63,737 nucleotides of DNA, filler included, from Reclinomonas americana ATCC 50394 (GCA_048213135.1; 10 parts of 8 records of this genome joined end to end with filler, not necessarily neighbours in it), one strand, 5' to 3'; shown: positions 1 through 13,232, numbered from the whole stretch's first letter. Made by a program: numbers and translations. The notes: a model not told the origin generated them from the letters alone.

Positions 1-114
1 ACGTACGTACGTACGTACGTACGTACGTCGTACGTACGTACGTACGTACGTACGTACGTACGTCGTCGTCGTCGCGTCGTACGTACGTACGTCGTTACGT
101 CGTTCGTTCGTCGT

Positions 115-191
<77 letters not shown>

Positions 192-257
192 CTGTCATAA
201 TCACACTCACACACACTTCACAATCATCCCACTAACCTTCTCTCTCCTCCACAGGTC

Positions 258-3200
258 ATGCGTTGGCTCCTCTCCATCGTGTGCCTCGTGCTCCTCGGCG
301 CAGTCCTCTTGGCTGGTGAGTTTGTGTGCGTGTGTGCGTGATGACGCGATGTCACTCTTTCCCTCTCCTCTCTTGTGTGTGTTTGTTTTGTGCGCGTGTC
401 TCTTGTGTGCACCTCCTGTGTGTGCGTCTCCTTGTGTGTGCGTGTGCGTGCGCGTGTGTGCGTGTGCGCGGCAGTGGATTCGTGTGTTCGAGTGACAGTG
501 CCTCTCTGCTCGCCTGCGATCTGTCCAACTCACCCATTCTCCACGACGCAGACGCCCAGACCACCACTTTTGCCCCTGGCAGCTCTAATGCGCCGGAGCA
601 GTTCCAGATCATCAAGGCTGTGGGCGAGGATGGTGCGTGCATTGCACAATCTCTTTCTCTCTCTCTTTTGCATGCATTCCTCACGTGCACTCTTCCTCTC
701 TCTCCCTCTTCCTCTCCGCACAGACCTCGACACCTCCGCCCCGAGCGGCTCTCAGTCGGCCATCTGGGTCAACTGGACGACCCCCATCAACCAGGGCAAC
801 TCGTCGCCTTCCGAGTTTGGTGTCGACGTGGCCAGCACTGGTGGCACCACCAAGTACACTGTTGCGTCTTCTCGCTCCCCCTTTCCCTCTCTCTCTCCTC
901 GACTCACCCTCTCCTCTCTCCTCTCTGCAGTGCTCCGGTGTCAACGCCATTGTGGCCAACAACGGCCCTGCCACTGGCGGCGCCGGCTGCTACGGCATGA
1001 TTCTGCGTTACTTTGACCAGAACATCCAGGAGGGTGTCCAGTACACCATCGCTGTTGCGTCTTTTTTTCTCCTCCCCTCCTTCCCTCCACTACCCGCTCA
1101 TCTCATCTCTTCTCCCACCAATCACAGGCGTACTCGGTCAACGCGTACGGTGAGGGCGTCCGCACCTCGTCGCAGGTCGTGACGGTGCCGCTCGGCGGCA
1201 CCCCGCGCACGCCGACGAACCTGACCATCAGCTACACGGCTGCCACCTCGTTCGTGCTGTCGTTCTCGCCGCCGATCAAGCTCGGTCAGACGGGCTCTGG
1301 CATGACGGGCAACACCAACAACTACAACCAGCTGCAGACTCCGTTCTTCCAGGTGCAGATCCGCAGCTCGACTGGCAGCTCGTTGACGGCGTGGACTCCG
1401 GTGACCTTCTACACTGAGACCACCTCGGGCACTGGCGGCGCAAATGCGGCCGTTATCCCGTTCAACTCAAGCCCGTTCTCCCTGCAGACGTGCGTGGTGT
1501 CGGGCACTGGTGCCGATGCCGCGACCAGCATTCTGCTGCCGAGCACTGGCTACGTGGTGCGCGCTCGCGCTGTGGGCCAGTGGGGCTTTGGCCCGTGGAG
1601 CTCTGTTGCGTCTTTTTGTCTTCTGATGTTGCATTGTGTGAAACAGCTTGCTCACATCACATTTCTCTCTCTCTTCCTCCCGCGCAGACCGCCACGGTGA
1701 CCACCCAGGACGGCAAGCAGTCTCCGGACAAGACCGCTACTTTTGGTCAGACTCAACCGACCTCAGCTACCGCCACCGCCAACGTTGCCCCTGCCTCTGA
1801 CGGCGGTCTGATCTCGTGGACTTCACCGCAGCGAATTGGCGGCAGTGTCATCAGCAGCTTCAAGGTGGAGGCTGCGGCGTCGGCCAACGGCGTCACTGCG
1901 CTGTACAACGCCTTTGGCGCCACGTTCACTGGCACGCCTGTCGTCGACAAGACCTTTGGCCGTGTGTCTGGCGGTCACGTTTTGATCTCGAAGCTGACGA
2001 CGACCAACATCAGCGCCTACGTCATCCGCGTGACGGCCGTCAACGACTCTGGTGACGGCACGCTCGCGCTCGACACTGCCTCTCAGCTGACACTCACATT
2101 GTCTGCTGCCGGTACCAACCCGACGCTGCCGGTTCCGGTTCTGGTGGCTTGCTGGACGGTGACTACCGCCAACACGGTGATTCAATGCCTGGCGAATACG
2201 GCTGCTGCCACTGTCATTGGCACTGGTGGCTTCAGCGCCTCCAGCAACCCTTACACGATTGGCAACCCGAACACCGTCACTGGCTTTGCAAGCGGCACTC
2301 TGACGATGGGCGCCAGCGACCTCACTGGCACGATGACCTTCTCGGCCACCACTGCCGGCACCGTGACGCTTGTGGCGACGAATCTTGGCCCTGGCACCAC
2401 CGCCGTCTCGCAAAACGTTCAAATGCAGTCCTCACTCGGTGTGACTGCGCCCACCAACGCCATCTGGTACAATCGCTCTGGCGCCGCCGTCGCCACTGCT
2501 GCCGCCTTTGTCACTCTCGGCAACAACTTTGTGGTGATGTACGCTGGCTCGCCGCAAAACCGTGGTGTGGTCGCGACTGCCGCCAGCACCTCTGCGCCGC
2601 TTGGTGGTGTGAACGCCATTACCTTTGTCGCTGGTACCAATGCGGCCAACAATGGTGCGGCTCCCACCGACTTCCAGTACCTCGACGGCAACACTGCCGC
2701 GTCTGCCGTGTCGGCTACCAAGATCCTTGTCGCCATTCGCGGTGCGGCTGCTCCTGGTGCCACTACCACCTACGGCATCAGCTACACGCTGGTCAGCGGC
2801 GGCACCGCTGCGCCGCTCTATTGCTGCACGGGCAACGCCACTGCGTCCAACGCTGTTGCTGGCGGTATTGTGGCTGTCGCTACAGGCACTGCCGGCGTTG
2901 GCTACCGCAAGGTTTTCGCGAACTGCGCCACAACCAAGCAGACAGGCGCTGGCGACAATGCTCTCACGCTCACGGTGACTGTCGCTGCTGACGGAACCAT
3001 TGCCGCAGTTGCCCTCGGTAACGCTGCTGGCTCTGGTTATGCGAACAACGATACTGTCAAGATTGCCGCCACCCCCAATTGCACGAGCGGTAGCGCCACC
3101 TTCCCGGCGGGCAATGGCGCGCTGCTGTTCACCACACAAGGTGCCGGTGCAGTCACTTCCGTTGCTGTGACCACTGCGGGTTCTGGATACGGCGTGTCCT

Positions 3201-6200
3201 CCAACTACACTGGTGCTGCCATCACCCAGGGCGGTGGAGCCACTCTGAACATCTCGATCAGCGCTGCCGGCGCCCTTACCGTTACTGGCGTGAACGCCCA
3301 GGGCACGGGCTACGCTGCTGCTGGAGCTGTCACCCTCGCCGCTGCGGCCACATTGTACGATGCCACTGGCGGCACTCCGTTTGCCGGCACCGTTGCCAGC
3401 GTCAACACCCTCGCCACTCCCTCCACCGCCGGCACAAACGCTGGTGCCCTCCCCAACCCCGACTCCGTCACCATCGTCGACATTACCGACACGGCGATGA
3501 CCTTCGTCATCACCATGAAGAATGCCGGTGCGACATACACCGCCAACGCGGCCAACTCCAACGCCGCAACTGTCGCCTCCTACTCCTTCACTGCCACCGG
3601 CTCTGCCTTTGTGCGCGGTATCGCTGTCCCCACGGCGAACCTCACCACCACGGCCAACAGCAACCAGCCCGCCACGGGTCACCTCGACGGCTGGCAGGTC
3701 ACTCTCTCTGGCCTCCTCCCCGGCCGCCTGTACAACCCGCTGGTGAATATCTCCGTCGTGAACAACGCCAGCTCCAATTCTCTGACTGCCGCTGTCGCGC
3801 CGTCTGGTATCCCTTTCTGGACCGCCACCAGTTGCGCTTCTTTACACCCTCTCACCCTCTCCGTTCCTCTCGCCATTGGTTAGCTCACACTTATTCTCCC
3901 GAAACAGCCCGCGCTCCGATCGCCACCGCCGGCACCAACTCCATTTACTACGTCAGCAGCACCTCTGCCACCGTCTGGCTGCAGCTGCCGACTAACCTCG
4001 TCGGCCAGGGCGGTCTCTCGTCGCAGACCCCCGGCAACAACGCTCTCAACTTCAAGGACATCAACACCTCGCTGACTGTGCAGCAGACCAGCAACTTCGT
4101 CACAGGCACCACTGCCTACCGCGCGTTCGTGGTCGGCGACAACACTGGTCCCACCACTGTGACCGCCACTGATGCGAATTCAGCTGGCACGTGGCGCGGC
4201 TACACCGTTGGCACTCTGACGAACAACGGCGCCACTGGCGGCTATTCGTACACCATCAACGTGTGGACTGAGTCGCAGGTGAACCGCTCGGCCACGGCCT
4301 GGAGCGGCACCCTGACCACCAGCGCAACGCCGGCTACTGCAGTCGTGTCGCCGACGTCGCCGACGATGTCGTCCACCGTGCGCTACGTCACGTCGAATTC
4401 GGCGTGGGTGGAGTGGGAGGCTCCGGCGGGCAATGTGGGCGTGATTGGCGCTGCCTCGTGGTACGTCAAGTCGGTCTGCGGCTCAACCACCGCGGTTGCT
4501 ACCTCGGCAAGCAATTTGGGTGATTTGGGCATCACCGACACCAACACCGCGAGTCTGACACGCAATCGCGTGCTCACCAAGGTCACTGGCCTGTCTGGCA
4601 CCAGCTGCACTGTGGCTGCGGCCTACTACAACGGCACCGGTCCCGCGGACAGCACCCTGAACTACGCCACAGCCGTGACGGTGACTCTGGCATCGGGTGC
4701 GCCAGCCACGCCGACTGGCTACACTGTGTCTCCGTACACTGGCTCTGTGGACCAGGTCACTTCGACGTCGTTTGTCGTCGCCTTCAACTTCCCGGCCACC
4801 TTTGGCTCGGGCGACACTACCGCCGCGCCGTCCGTCGCCTACACGGTGACAAGCGCCAGCGCTGACCAGACCGCCATATTTAACAACAACAACGCCAGCA
4901 CCCTCACCACCTCGTTCAACGGCCTGTTCCCGTACAACTCGGGCTTCTACGCGCAGATCACCGGCTTCACTGTGAGCGGCACCGCCAACAACTTTGTGGC
5001 TGCCACGCAGTACACGGTCAAGGCCAAGATCTCAGTCAACAACAACGCCACTGCGTCGGCGGCCGGTTCCATCCAGGGCACCACCGACAACAACGGCTCC
5101 GTGCCGGCTGCGCCCACCAACGTGGCGTACTCGCGCCTGTTCTCGACTGGCGTGCGCCTCAACTTCTCGACTCCGATCAGCGTCGGCGGCTCCAACACCG
5201 CCACCTCGAACGCCACGCAGGGCAACCTGTCGACGCCCAACCCGAACGTCACCAACTACCGTGTGGTGTACTCGACCACCAGCGCCTCGTCGGTGACTGC
5301 TGCCACTGCGGGCACCGCCACCAGCATTGACACCAGCTCCATCCCGGCCACCAACGGCACCGGCACTGCGTCGTGGAATGCCAACCTGTCGACCTACTAC
5401 ATTGACGTGACTGGCCTGCCGGCTGGCACCTCGGTCAACCTGCAGATCTGCGCCAGCAACCAGTTCTCGATTGCCTTCCCGACGTCGCCCTTCAACCCGG
5501 CTGGCACCACCGCCAACCCGGTGACGTGCGCGTTCAGCACTGCCATCAACTTCACCACTCCGGCTGCCTCTGGTGTCGTGCCGAACCCGCCGACCAACCT
5601 GGTGGTGACGCAGTACGGCCTCACCAACATCTTCCTGCAGTGGACGATTCCGCAGAACTTTGGCACCAACGCCGTGACCGGCTTCACCGTTTTCCGCGGC
5701 CAGGGCAGCGCGACCCCGGTGTCTGTGGCCACTGTCACCCTGCCGACTGGCTGGGCGCTGACCGCCGCTTACACTGCTGACACGACGCTGACGGCCAACA
5801 CGTCGTACACGTACCAGGTGTACGCCACTGCCACGTCGACCAACTCGGCCACGGCTGCTGGTCCGATCACTCAGACCACTCACAACACCAGTTGCGTGAA
5901 AGGGAGAAAGGAAAGGGGAAAGAAAGAGGACAGGAGAGGTGATAGGGGGAGAGAAACAGGGAACCATTCTGCTTTTTGAATATCTAGCGTCTCATCCACT
6001 TCCTCACCACAGATGATGCTCCGATCGCCCCGGCGGCCCCGACGCTCGCTGGCGGTGTGGCCAACTCGCAGGGCAGCAACTCGAGCGCCGGCTGCGTTGC
6101 TGTGGCTGGTACCCTCGGTGTGGGCTTCTCTGGCAACTGCTACCAGGACACCATCACCAGCATCTCGTGGGCGTCGCCGATTGGCATTGGTGGCACCTCG

Positions 6201-8696
6201 ATCAACGGCTACGTTGTGACGCAGAACACCAGCAACTGCAACCGCACGTACACGTGGACGACGCTGACCACCAACTTCAACTTCCCGACCATTCCGGGCA
6301 AGTCGTACACCTACGCCGTGCAGGCCACCAACACCCGCTCGGACTCTGGTGTGACCTCGACGCAGAACGGTGCTCAGTCGGGCACTCTGCCGCAGATTGC
6401 CAACTCGATTGTGCGCCCGTACCCGCTGCCGGCTCTGACCACTGGCGGCTCGGCTGGCTCGACTGGCTCCGGCTACGCCACCTTCACGCTGTCGACCCCG
6501 TCGACTGTGCAGGGCACGCAGTACCCGCTGACCACCTCGGACGGCTTCGCGAACTTTGTCGGCGTGCAGGTGCTGGTGCAGAACCTGACCAACGTCACCT
6601 CGACCACTTTCGTGCCGGACTCGTTTGTGAACCAGATCATTGGCTCGCTCGGCTCGACCACCTCGACGCTGCTGGTGAACGGCCTCAACTCGAACACCAA
6701 GTACCGCATCGGCGTGGCGTCGTACAACGGCTACCAGGCTGCCTGGTCTGCGTCGGCCATCACCATCACCACGGCCACGTCGCCGCAGCGCCCGAGCGGC
6801 ATCTTGTCGCTGTCTTCGAACCTTCTGCTCAAGCGTTCGACCTCGATCTGGCTCAGCTGGGGACAGCCGCAGGAGACTGGCGGCCAGGGCTTCGTGAACC
6901 AGTGGCAGGTGTCGTGGCGCGCGGCTACGGCCAGCACGCTGACCCAGAACACCACCTCGGTGCAGCAGGCTGTGATCCGCGGCCTCACTGACGCCACCAA
7001 CTACTTCATCGATGTGCGCGGCATCAACGGCATTGGCACGTCGACCACTCAGGCCACCTTCGGTGACGGTATCATCGGCAACGGCCTCAACAACAACGTG
7101 CTGACGGGCCAGGTGCCGAACGACCAGACCAACTTTGCGGTGACCAGCAACACTGGCACGGCGATTGCGTTCTCGTGGACGACTGCCACTGGCGCGTCGA
7201 CTGCCATCTCTGCGCAGACTCTGACTGGTGCGTCGGCCACGACCACAAGCCCGAGTGTGGCGTTGGGTGCCACCGACACCACGGCGTCTGTGACGGTGGT
7301 GAACGGCAACTTCTACCGCTTCTTCCTGAACGCGACCAACTCGATTGGCACGGGCAACAGCTCGCTGTCGATCTACATCCAGGCGTCGCCGGTGACCACG
7401 ACTGGCATTGTGCCGGCTGCTGGCACCCCGTCGCTTGACTTCTACGCCGCCAACGAGTACCGCGTGTCGTGGACTGCTGTGGGCTCGGGCACGACTGCTG
7501 CCGCCACCTACTACCTGGTGTTCTGGCAGTGGACGACCCGCTTCCTGGCGTCGACTGGCAACCCGGCCGCCGCTGACGGCCTGGGCATGAACACTGCCAC
7601 GCTTGGCAGCGGCACCAACCCGGCCATTGCCGGCACTTGCGTGCAGCTGTTCCAGACCATCAAGCCGTCGTCGCGCTACCGCATGGTGCTCNNNNNNNNN
7701 NNNNNNNNNNNNNNNNNNNNNNNNNNNNNNNNNNNNNNNNNNNNNNNNNNNNNNNNNNNNNNNNNNNNNNNNNNNNNNNNNNNNNNNNNNNNNNNNNNNN
7801 NNNNNNNNNNNNNNNNNNNNNNNNNNNNNNNNNNNNNNNNNNNNNNNNNNNNNNNNNNNNNNNNNNNNNNNNNNNNNNNNNNNNNNNNNNNNNNNNNNNN
7901 NNNNNNNNNNNNNNNNNNNNNNNNNNNNNNNNNNNNNNNNNNNNNNNNNNNNNNNNNNNNNNNNNNNNNNNNNNNNNNNNNNNNNNNNNNNNNNNNNNNN
8001 NNNNNNNNNNNNNNNNNNNNNNNNNNNNNNNNNNNNNNNNNNNNNNNNNNNNNNNNNNNNNNNNNNNNNNNNNNNNNNNNNNNNNNNNNNNNNNNNNNNN
8101 NNNNNNNNNNNNNNNNNNTTGGCAGCGGCACCAACCCGGCCATTGCCGGCACTTGCGTGCAGCTGTTCCAGACCATCAAGCCGTCGTCGCGCTACCGCAT
8201 GGTGCTCATCGGTGGCAACACCGTCGGCCTCGGCCAGGGCTCGCAGGGCACCGCCAACAACAACATTGGCACGCCGACTCAGGGCGCTCTGACCCAGACG
8301 GGCCAGGCTGCCGCTCCGGCCGCCCCGACTCAGGGCACCAACACCAACACCTCGATCACCGTCAACTTCTCGACCCCGATCTACACTGGTCTCGGCCTGA
8401 TCACCAGCTACCAGATCCAGACGTTCCCGGAGAACGGCGGCAACGTCATCTTCGGCTACAAGAACGCCACCGACTCGACTTCGTCGTCGCGCGCCAACTA
8501 CACGTTCACTCAGGCGAACCTGCAGCCGGGCACGCCGTACGTGGTGAATGTGCGCGCCGTCAACTCGTTCGGCCAGTCGATCCCGTCGGCCAACCTGCGT
8601 GTGTCGACGACCGGTGGTGCCGGTTTCGCCGCGACCTCGTCGCTGTGGACTGTGGTGCTGATGGCCATTGCCGCGCTGATGGCATTCGCCTTCTAA
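258..8696 (+). CDS. Giant secreted, probably GPI-anchored or C-terminally membrane-anchored, fibronectin type III repeat surface glycoprotein (~2390 aa, 8 exons)
   Basis: Exons 258-315, 552-632, 724-860, 931-1053, 1128-1604, 1688-3830, 3908-5890 and 6013-8696 join in frame through GT-AG introns. It begins with a signal peptide (MRWLLSIVCLVLLGAVLLA) and has many FN3 signatures (e.g. W..P..GG....Y; LQPGTPYVVNVRAVNSFG; LNSNTKYRIGVASYNG). It is T/S/A/G/N-rich with many N-x-S/T sites and ends in a hydrophobic tail (LWTVVLMAIAALMAFAF*). The length assumes the 7692-8118 gap closes by overlap. Confidence 0.9.
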
Positions 8697-8963
8697 ACGG
8701 AGGGCTGGTGATGGTGCTTCTGTGTTGTTTCCGTCAAAAGTGCTTTTTCCGTCCTAGTGGGTTTTCTCTTTCTGGTTTCTCTCAACTGTTATTTGGGGTC
8801 GTCTTGTTGTTGAGGGAGTGAGAGAGGGAGAGATAGTCTTGGGACGAGGCGACAAGATTCTGCGCTCTTTTATTTTGTGGTCCGTGAGCGTGTGAAGTTG
8901 TTGTTTGGGGGCGATTAGTGATGGAAATGAAATGATTGGAGCATGTCGGTGAATCGCCAAGTA

Positions 8964-9012
<49 letters not shown>

Positions 9013-9480
9013 GAAGGGAGAGACTAACTCACAAAGGAACTCGGGCACAGTCTTCCTGTCTTGCATGCAAATCTTTGACAGGCTCACTGTCGGCTCCAGC
9101 TCGGATTGCTGACCATCAGCGCCCGTCTACATAAAGTTCGCCAGATGTCTAATGGGCTGCAGTAGTGGGCAAGAGTGGCGAAGAAGTGCGACGACTGGGG
9201 TGGGAGCGGCCATTCGAGTGTGGTCAAAGTTCTCCCCAATGAGCTGCTGTAACGACCACGGTAAGTACACGAGCGTCTCACGTATGCATATTCGCATCAC
9301 CATCGTCGTCGTCGTCGCAACCACCATCACCAGCAATTCTACTGGACCTCAGCCACCTCCATCACCACCACTACCCCATCATCATTATCATCACAATCGT
9401 CGTGGGCATTGTCATCACCACCGCCGCCACTGTACCAACGCTACTGAAGTCCACCGACGGTATTCGGGGGTGCGATGCAG

Positions 9481-9579
9481 AACGAAGCCAAGGGTAACAA
9501 GGAAGACAAGGGCGACAACGGACCAGCTGGACCGAAAGGTGACAAGGACGACAAGGGAATTAACGGAGCCGATGGCAAG
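9481..9579 (+). pseudogene. Degenerate collagen-like (Gly-X-Y) exon fragment
   Basis: Between CAG| and |GTGTGC it reads NEAK-GNK-EDK-GDN-GPA-GPK-GDK-DDK-GIN-GAD-GK. Two expected glycines are E/D, and no intact flanking ORF was found. Confidence 0.45.
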
Positions 9580-10232
9580 GTGTGCGGCAACACTTGTTGA
9601 TGATGACGGTGATGACTGCAGTTCCCACGATTAGTTTTCACCTTCATTACTGCTTACCGCTACAATATATCCTGCTCACGGCCGTATCGACATGCCGCCC
9701 TCTGCCCGTCAATCGCCCAGTGAGTTCGCTCTCTCTTTCACCCACATCGCGACTCCGCAAGTACTCACCACCAACTCCACTGCCCCCGGCAGCAGCAGCA
9801 CCGCCGGTTCCCGCCAGCCCCATGCGCAGGCGGGAGTGCGCATTGGCAGCCGGTCGTGCCCTATCGCGCGTCGCAGCGCCATCGTCCTGCCCACCAAACC
9901 ACGTCGCGCCTTCAATGTCGCTGGCGGCGCGCATCGCAGGTGCCATCAGTCGACCACTCGACGCAGTCGGCCGGAGACGACCGGTAAAGCCGCCAGCCTG
10001 TCGCGGCACCACGGCCGCCTCCATCTTCATCAGCGGCACTCTTTACAGCCACTCGTCGATGCATTCCTGACGCGCAATGGTGAAAGAGAACAGAAGGGAA
10101 GGGGCGTGGAGGCGGAGAGACGGGGACAAGGAAGCAGCCGATGAATGACAGCACAGCCGAAAAGTGCAACAACATGTGCAGAAGAACGACGACTATTATT
10201 GCCCCTCCCCTCCCCCTCCCCACACTCACCTC

Positions 10233-10772
10233 TCACGCACTCCCGCTCCAACCAACCGCAAATCTCCACAACCTCACCCGTGCATCCTCCTCGATAAAGC
10301 ACCGCAACACTATCAGCGGCAGCGGTTCGCTCGCACCCCGCCTGTACATTGCCGTTTCACGCAACCATCGCTGCGACTGCACCGCCACGCACACCTCCCG
10401 CTGGTAGCACCAAGCGACATTCCACGGACCTGTGGCGTGACTGATGAGGAGGTATTCAACTCGCCACCGGCTGTCGTGCACGAAAACACACCTGACTGCC
10501 ACACCGAGGACGTGCGACTCTCGGTGGCGCACACAATGCGGCCGTCGCCACACAAGGCCAACGAGGTCACCGGCGTCGTGTGGCCAGTGAAGACGGTGAT
10601 GCACTCGTGGTGTGCGAGGTACCACACGCGGGTGGTGCAGTCTGCGGGGAGGAGCGGGGAACACAAAGGGAGGGAGCACAAATGCATGACGAAAAAGAAG
10701 CCGGATGTGCAGACAGACAGAGAGACAGACAGAGGGAAAAGGAGAGAGAGGCAGTCACAGAGGGAGAGAGGC

Positions 10773-10804
<32 letters not shown>

Positions 10805-10987
10805 GAAGAGACAGACTGATAGACAGAGAGCTAGACAGATAGACAGACAGACGCAGTCGTGGTGTGCGAGCTACCACACGCGAGTGGTTCAACCTGCAGG
10901 AGGAGCGGGGAAAAAGCAGGAGAGTCAAAAAGAGATGAGGGAGTCGCAAAAGCACGGGAACAAGGTCACGTGACGAATAAGAAACCG

Positions 10988-11053
<66 letters not shown>

Positions 11054-12677
11054 TGCACTCGTGGTGTGCGAGGTACCACACGCGAGTAGTTCAACCTGCG
11101 GGAGGGGCGTCAAAAAGAAAAAAATAGGAGAGAGTAATCCTTCGTCCAGAAATAGGGAGTGGTTTGAGAAGACATCAAGATGGATAAACAGACAGGCACA
11201 CTCGTGGTGTGCGAGGTAACACACGCGGGTAATGCAGTGTGCGGGGAGGAGCGTCCAAAAGGAGAAGAAAAAAAAGGAGAAAGTCATCCTCAGTCATGGG
11301 AGTAAGGTCATTTGAGAAGAAACACAAACACGCACGCCACTGCTCTTCCCAACCAACTTGTTCTCCACCGCACACAGCTAACCACACACATGTGCCCCAC
11401 ACATCGACACGCAGTACAATGAAGAACGCTGATCAAACGGTATAGCAGAATTAAGAAAGAAGTCGTTGCAGGCGCAGATTACATCGCTGCTCTCCATCAA
11501 TACAGAGAAGAGAGGCACACACATGTCTCTCACGCACTTACTGTCTCTCTCTCTCTCACTACTACGAGAAAGCCTCTCTCGTCACCACCTCCTCCTCCAG
11601 TGCACCTTCCGCCCTATTGACCAGAAACCACGCACATGTTCTCTCTCTCTCTCTCTCACTCACTCACTGTCTCTCACTCACTGTCTCTCTCTCTCTCTCA
11701 CTACTACGAGGAAAATCTCTCTCGTCACCACCTCCACCTCCTGCTCACCTTCCGTCCTACTGACCAGATACCACGCAACTGTTCTCTCCCTCTCTCTCTC
11801 CCTCTCCTTCTCCCTCCCTTCCTTTCTCCCTCCCACCCTCTCTCCCTCCCTCTTTCTCTCTCCCACCCTCTCCCTCCCACCCTCTCCCCCCACCCACTCT
11901 CTGCTCACCTTCCCCCCCACTGACCAAAAACCGCGCATCCTCCGTAAACACCATCACATTAACATGCTTTGTGTGCCCCCTCAACTTTCGCTGCTTGCGC
12001 TGCTCCTCATCCCCGCCGCCGCCATTCAACCAATGCAGGGCGATCCGCTCATCATACGCCGCCGCCATGATCGCACAGTCCGCCGACACCGCAATCGCAC
12101 CAACTCTACCCCGGCGCGCACTGGCGACGGTGCGTCGCACCCGCTTCAACGTGTCCACCTCCCACCAACACACTTGCGCGTCGCCGTACTCGTGGCCGAG
12201 CTCGTAGCTGGTGACCACAAACTCATCCCTCGGCGCAAACATCACCCGCGGCCGCAGCGAGTGCAACCGCAAGCCCACCGTCTTCTTGATTCGTGTGCCG
12301 CGCAGCCACTCGCCGCCGGCCATCAGCCACACCTCCAGCGTGCCTTCCTCGGTCACACTGACCACGTAGCGATTGCTGTGCGACACCGCCACAGCGCTGA
12401 CAGGATCGCACTCGTGTGTTGTCCGCGACTGCGCCTGCCACTCTCGTCGTCCACCACTGCCACTCCATCGTCGCCGACGCAACTGCGTAGACAGCACCTG
12501 CAAGCTCCACACGATAAGGTGACCGTCGGCGTCGCCGGAGACCAGAATGGAGGCGTCGGTTGGAGAAAAGGCCACGCAGGTGGGACGAGTGCGGTGGCCA
12601 TTCAGGGTGCACAGCAGTCGGCCCAGGTCGGCGGAGAAGATGCGGACTGCGCGGTCAGTGCAGGTGGTGGCCACCAT
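10233..12677 (-). CDS. WD40-repeat protein, paralogue A (5' end uncertain)
   Basis: Exons 12677-11909, 10641-10492 and 10429-10233 join in frame. WD repeats include LNGHRTRPTCVAFSP..ILVSGDADGHLIVW and LRGHTKHVNVMVFTEDARFLVSGGE|DCTTRVW. The C-terminal motif is VLRCFIEEDARVRLWR. Confidence 0.8.
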
Positions 12678-12864
12678 CTGTGGGAGAGAGAAGGGGAAGT
12701 GAGGGGGAGGGATGGGGGAGGGAGAAGGAGAGGAGAAGGGAGAGAGGGAGGGAGAAGGAGAGAGAAGGAGAGAGACAGTAGGACAGATAGAGAAGGGGAA
12801 GTGAGGGGGGAGAAGGAGGGAGACTGAGAGAACGAGAGAGACAGAAGGACAGATAGACGCGGAA

Positions 12865-12898
<34 letters not shown>

Positions 12899-13045
12899 GT
12901 CACCTTTGTTTGCATTTCGTCTTGCTGTTTTCTTTCTCGATCAAGCTCTCCCTTCTCCTCTCTCCCTTCTTCTCTCTCCCTTCTTCTCTCTCCCTTCTTC
13001 CTCGGTGTGCGTGTGGTTGTGTGTGTATGAAAGAGAGAGAGAGAG

Positions 13046-13145
13046 NNNNNNNNNNNNNNNNNNNNNNNNNNNNNNNNNNNNNNNNNNNNTTAATTAATTA
13101 ANNNNNNNNNNNNNNNNNNNNNNNNNNNNNNNNNNNNNNNNNNNN
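13046..13145. other. Artificial scaffolding spacer N44-TTAATTAATTAA-N44 (also at 14532, 24096, 26471, 33017, 40191, 45978, 57562, 62228)
   Basis: The same 100-nt construct, with stop codons in all six frames, occurs nine times. Confidence 0.97.
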
Positions 13146-13185
13146 CCTACCGTCCCGTCGTCGTCGTCGTCGTCGACGAGACGAG

Positions 13186-13232
<47 letters not shown>

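Noticed and set aside
1..115. (ACGT)n tandem array, with similar text at 13146-13190, 32960-33016 and 62221-62227
   Set aside because: It occurs only at contig ends and follows the TACG order typical of pyrosequencing flow noise. Treated as an artefact, not a telomere or satellite.
861..930. Alternative readings of the GTTGCGT donors as GC-AG introns (GTT|GCGT) or as TT-starting introns (G|TTGCGT)
   Set aside because: The GC reading adds a residue that breaks conserved spacing (IFT122 SKVKIL, the FN3 Y.I.A.S.N pattern) and fails for the GTTACG/GTTTCG cases. The TT reading needs introns ending in AG+N with variable N. GT-AG is more parsimonious, but only cDNA can settle it.
7603..8207. Exact 89-bp duplication flanking the N gap in the FN3 gene (7603-7691 = 8119-8207)
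   Set aside because: Most simply overlapping contig ends around a false gap; merging them keeps the reading frame.
10010..10066. RING-H2-like fragment ECIDEWL*RVPLMK on the minus strand
   Set aside because: In-frame stop and missing cysteines; too short to support even a pseudogene call.
13090..13101. Recurrent palindrome TTAATTAATTAA
   Set aside because: Always centred in exactly 44+44 Ns, so it is an artificial six-frame-stop linker.
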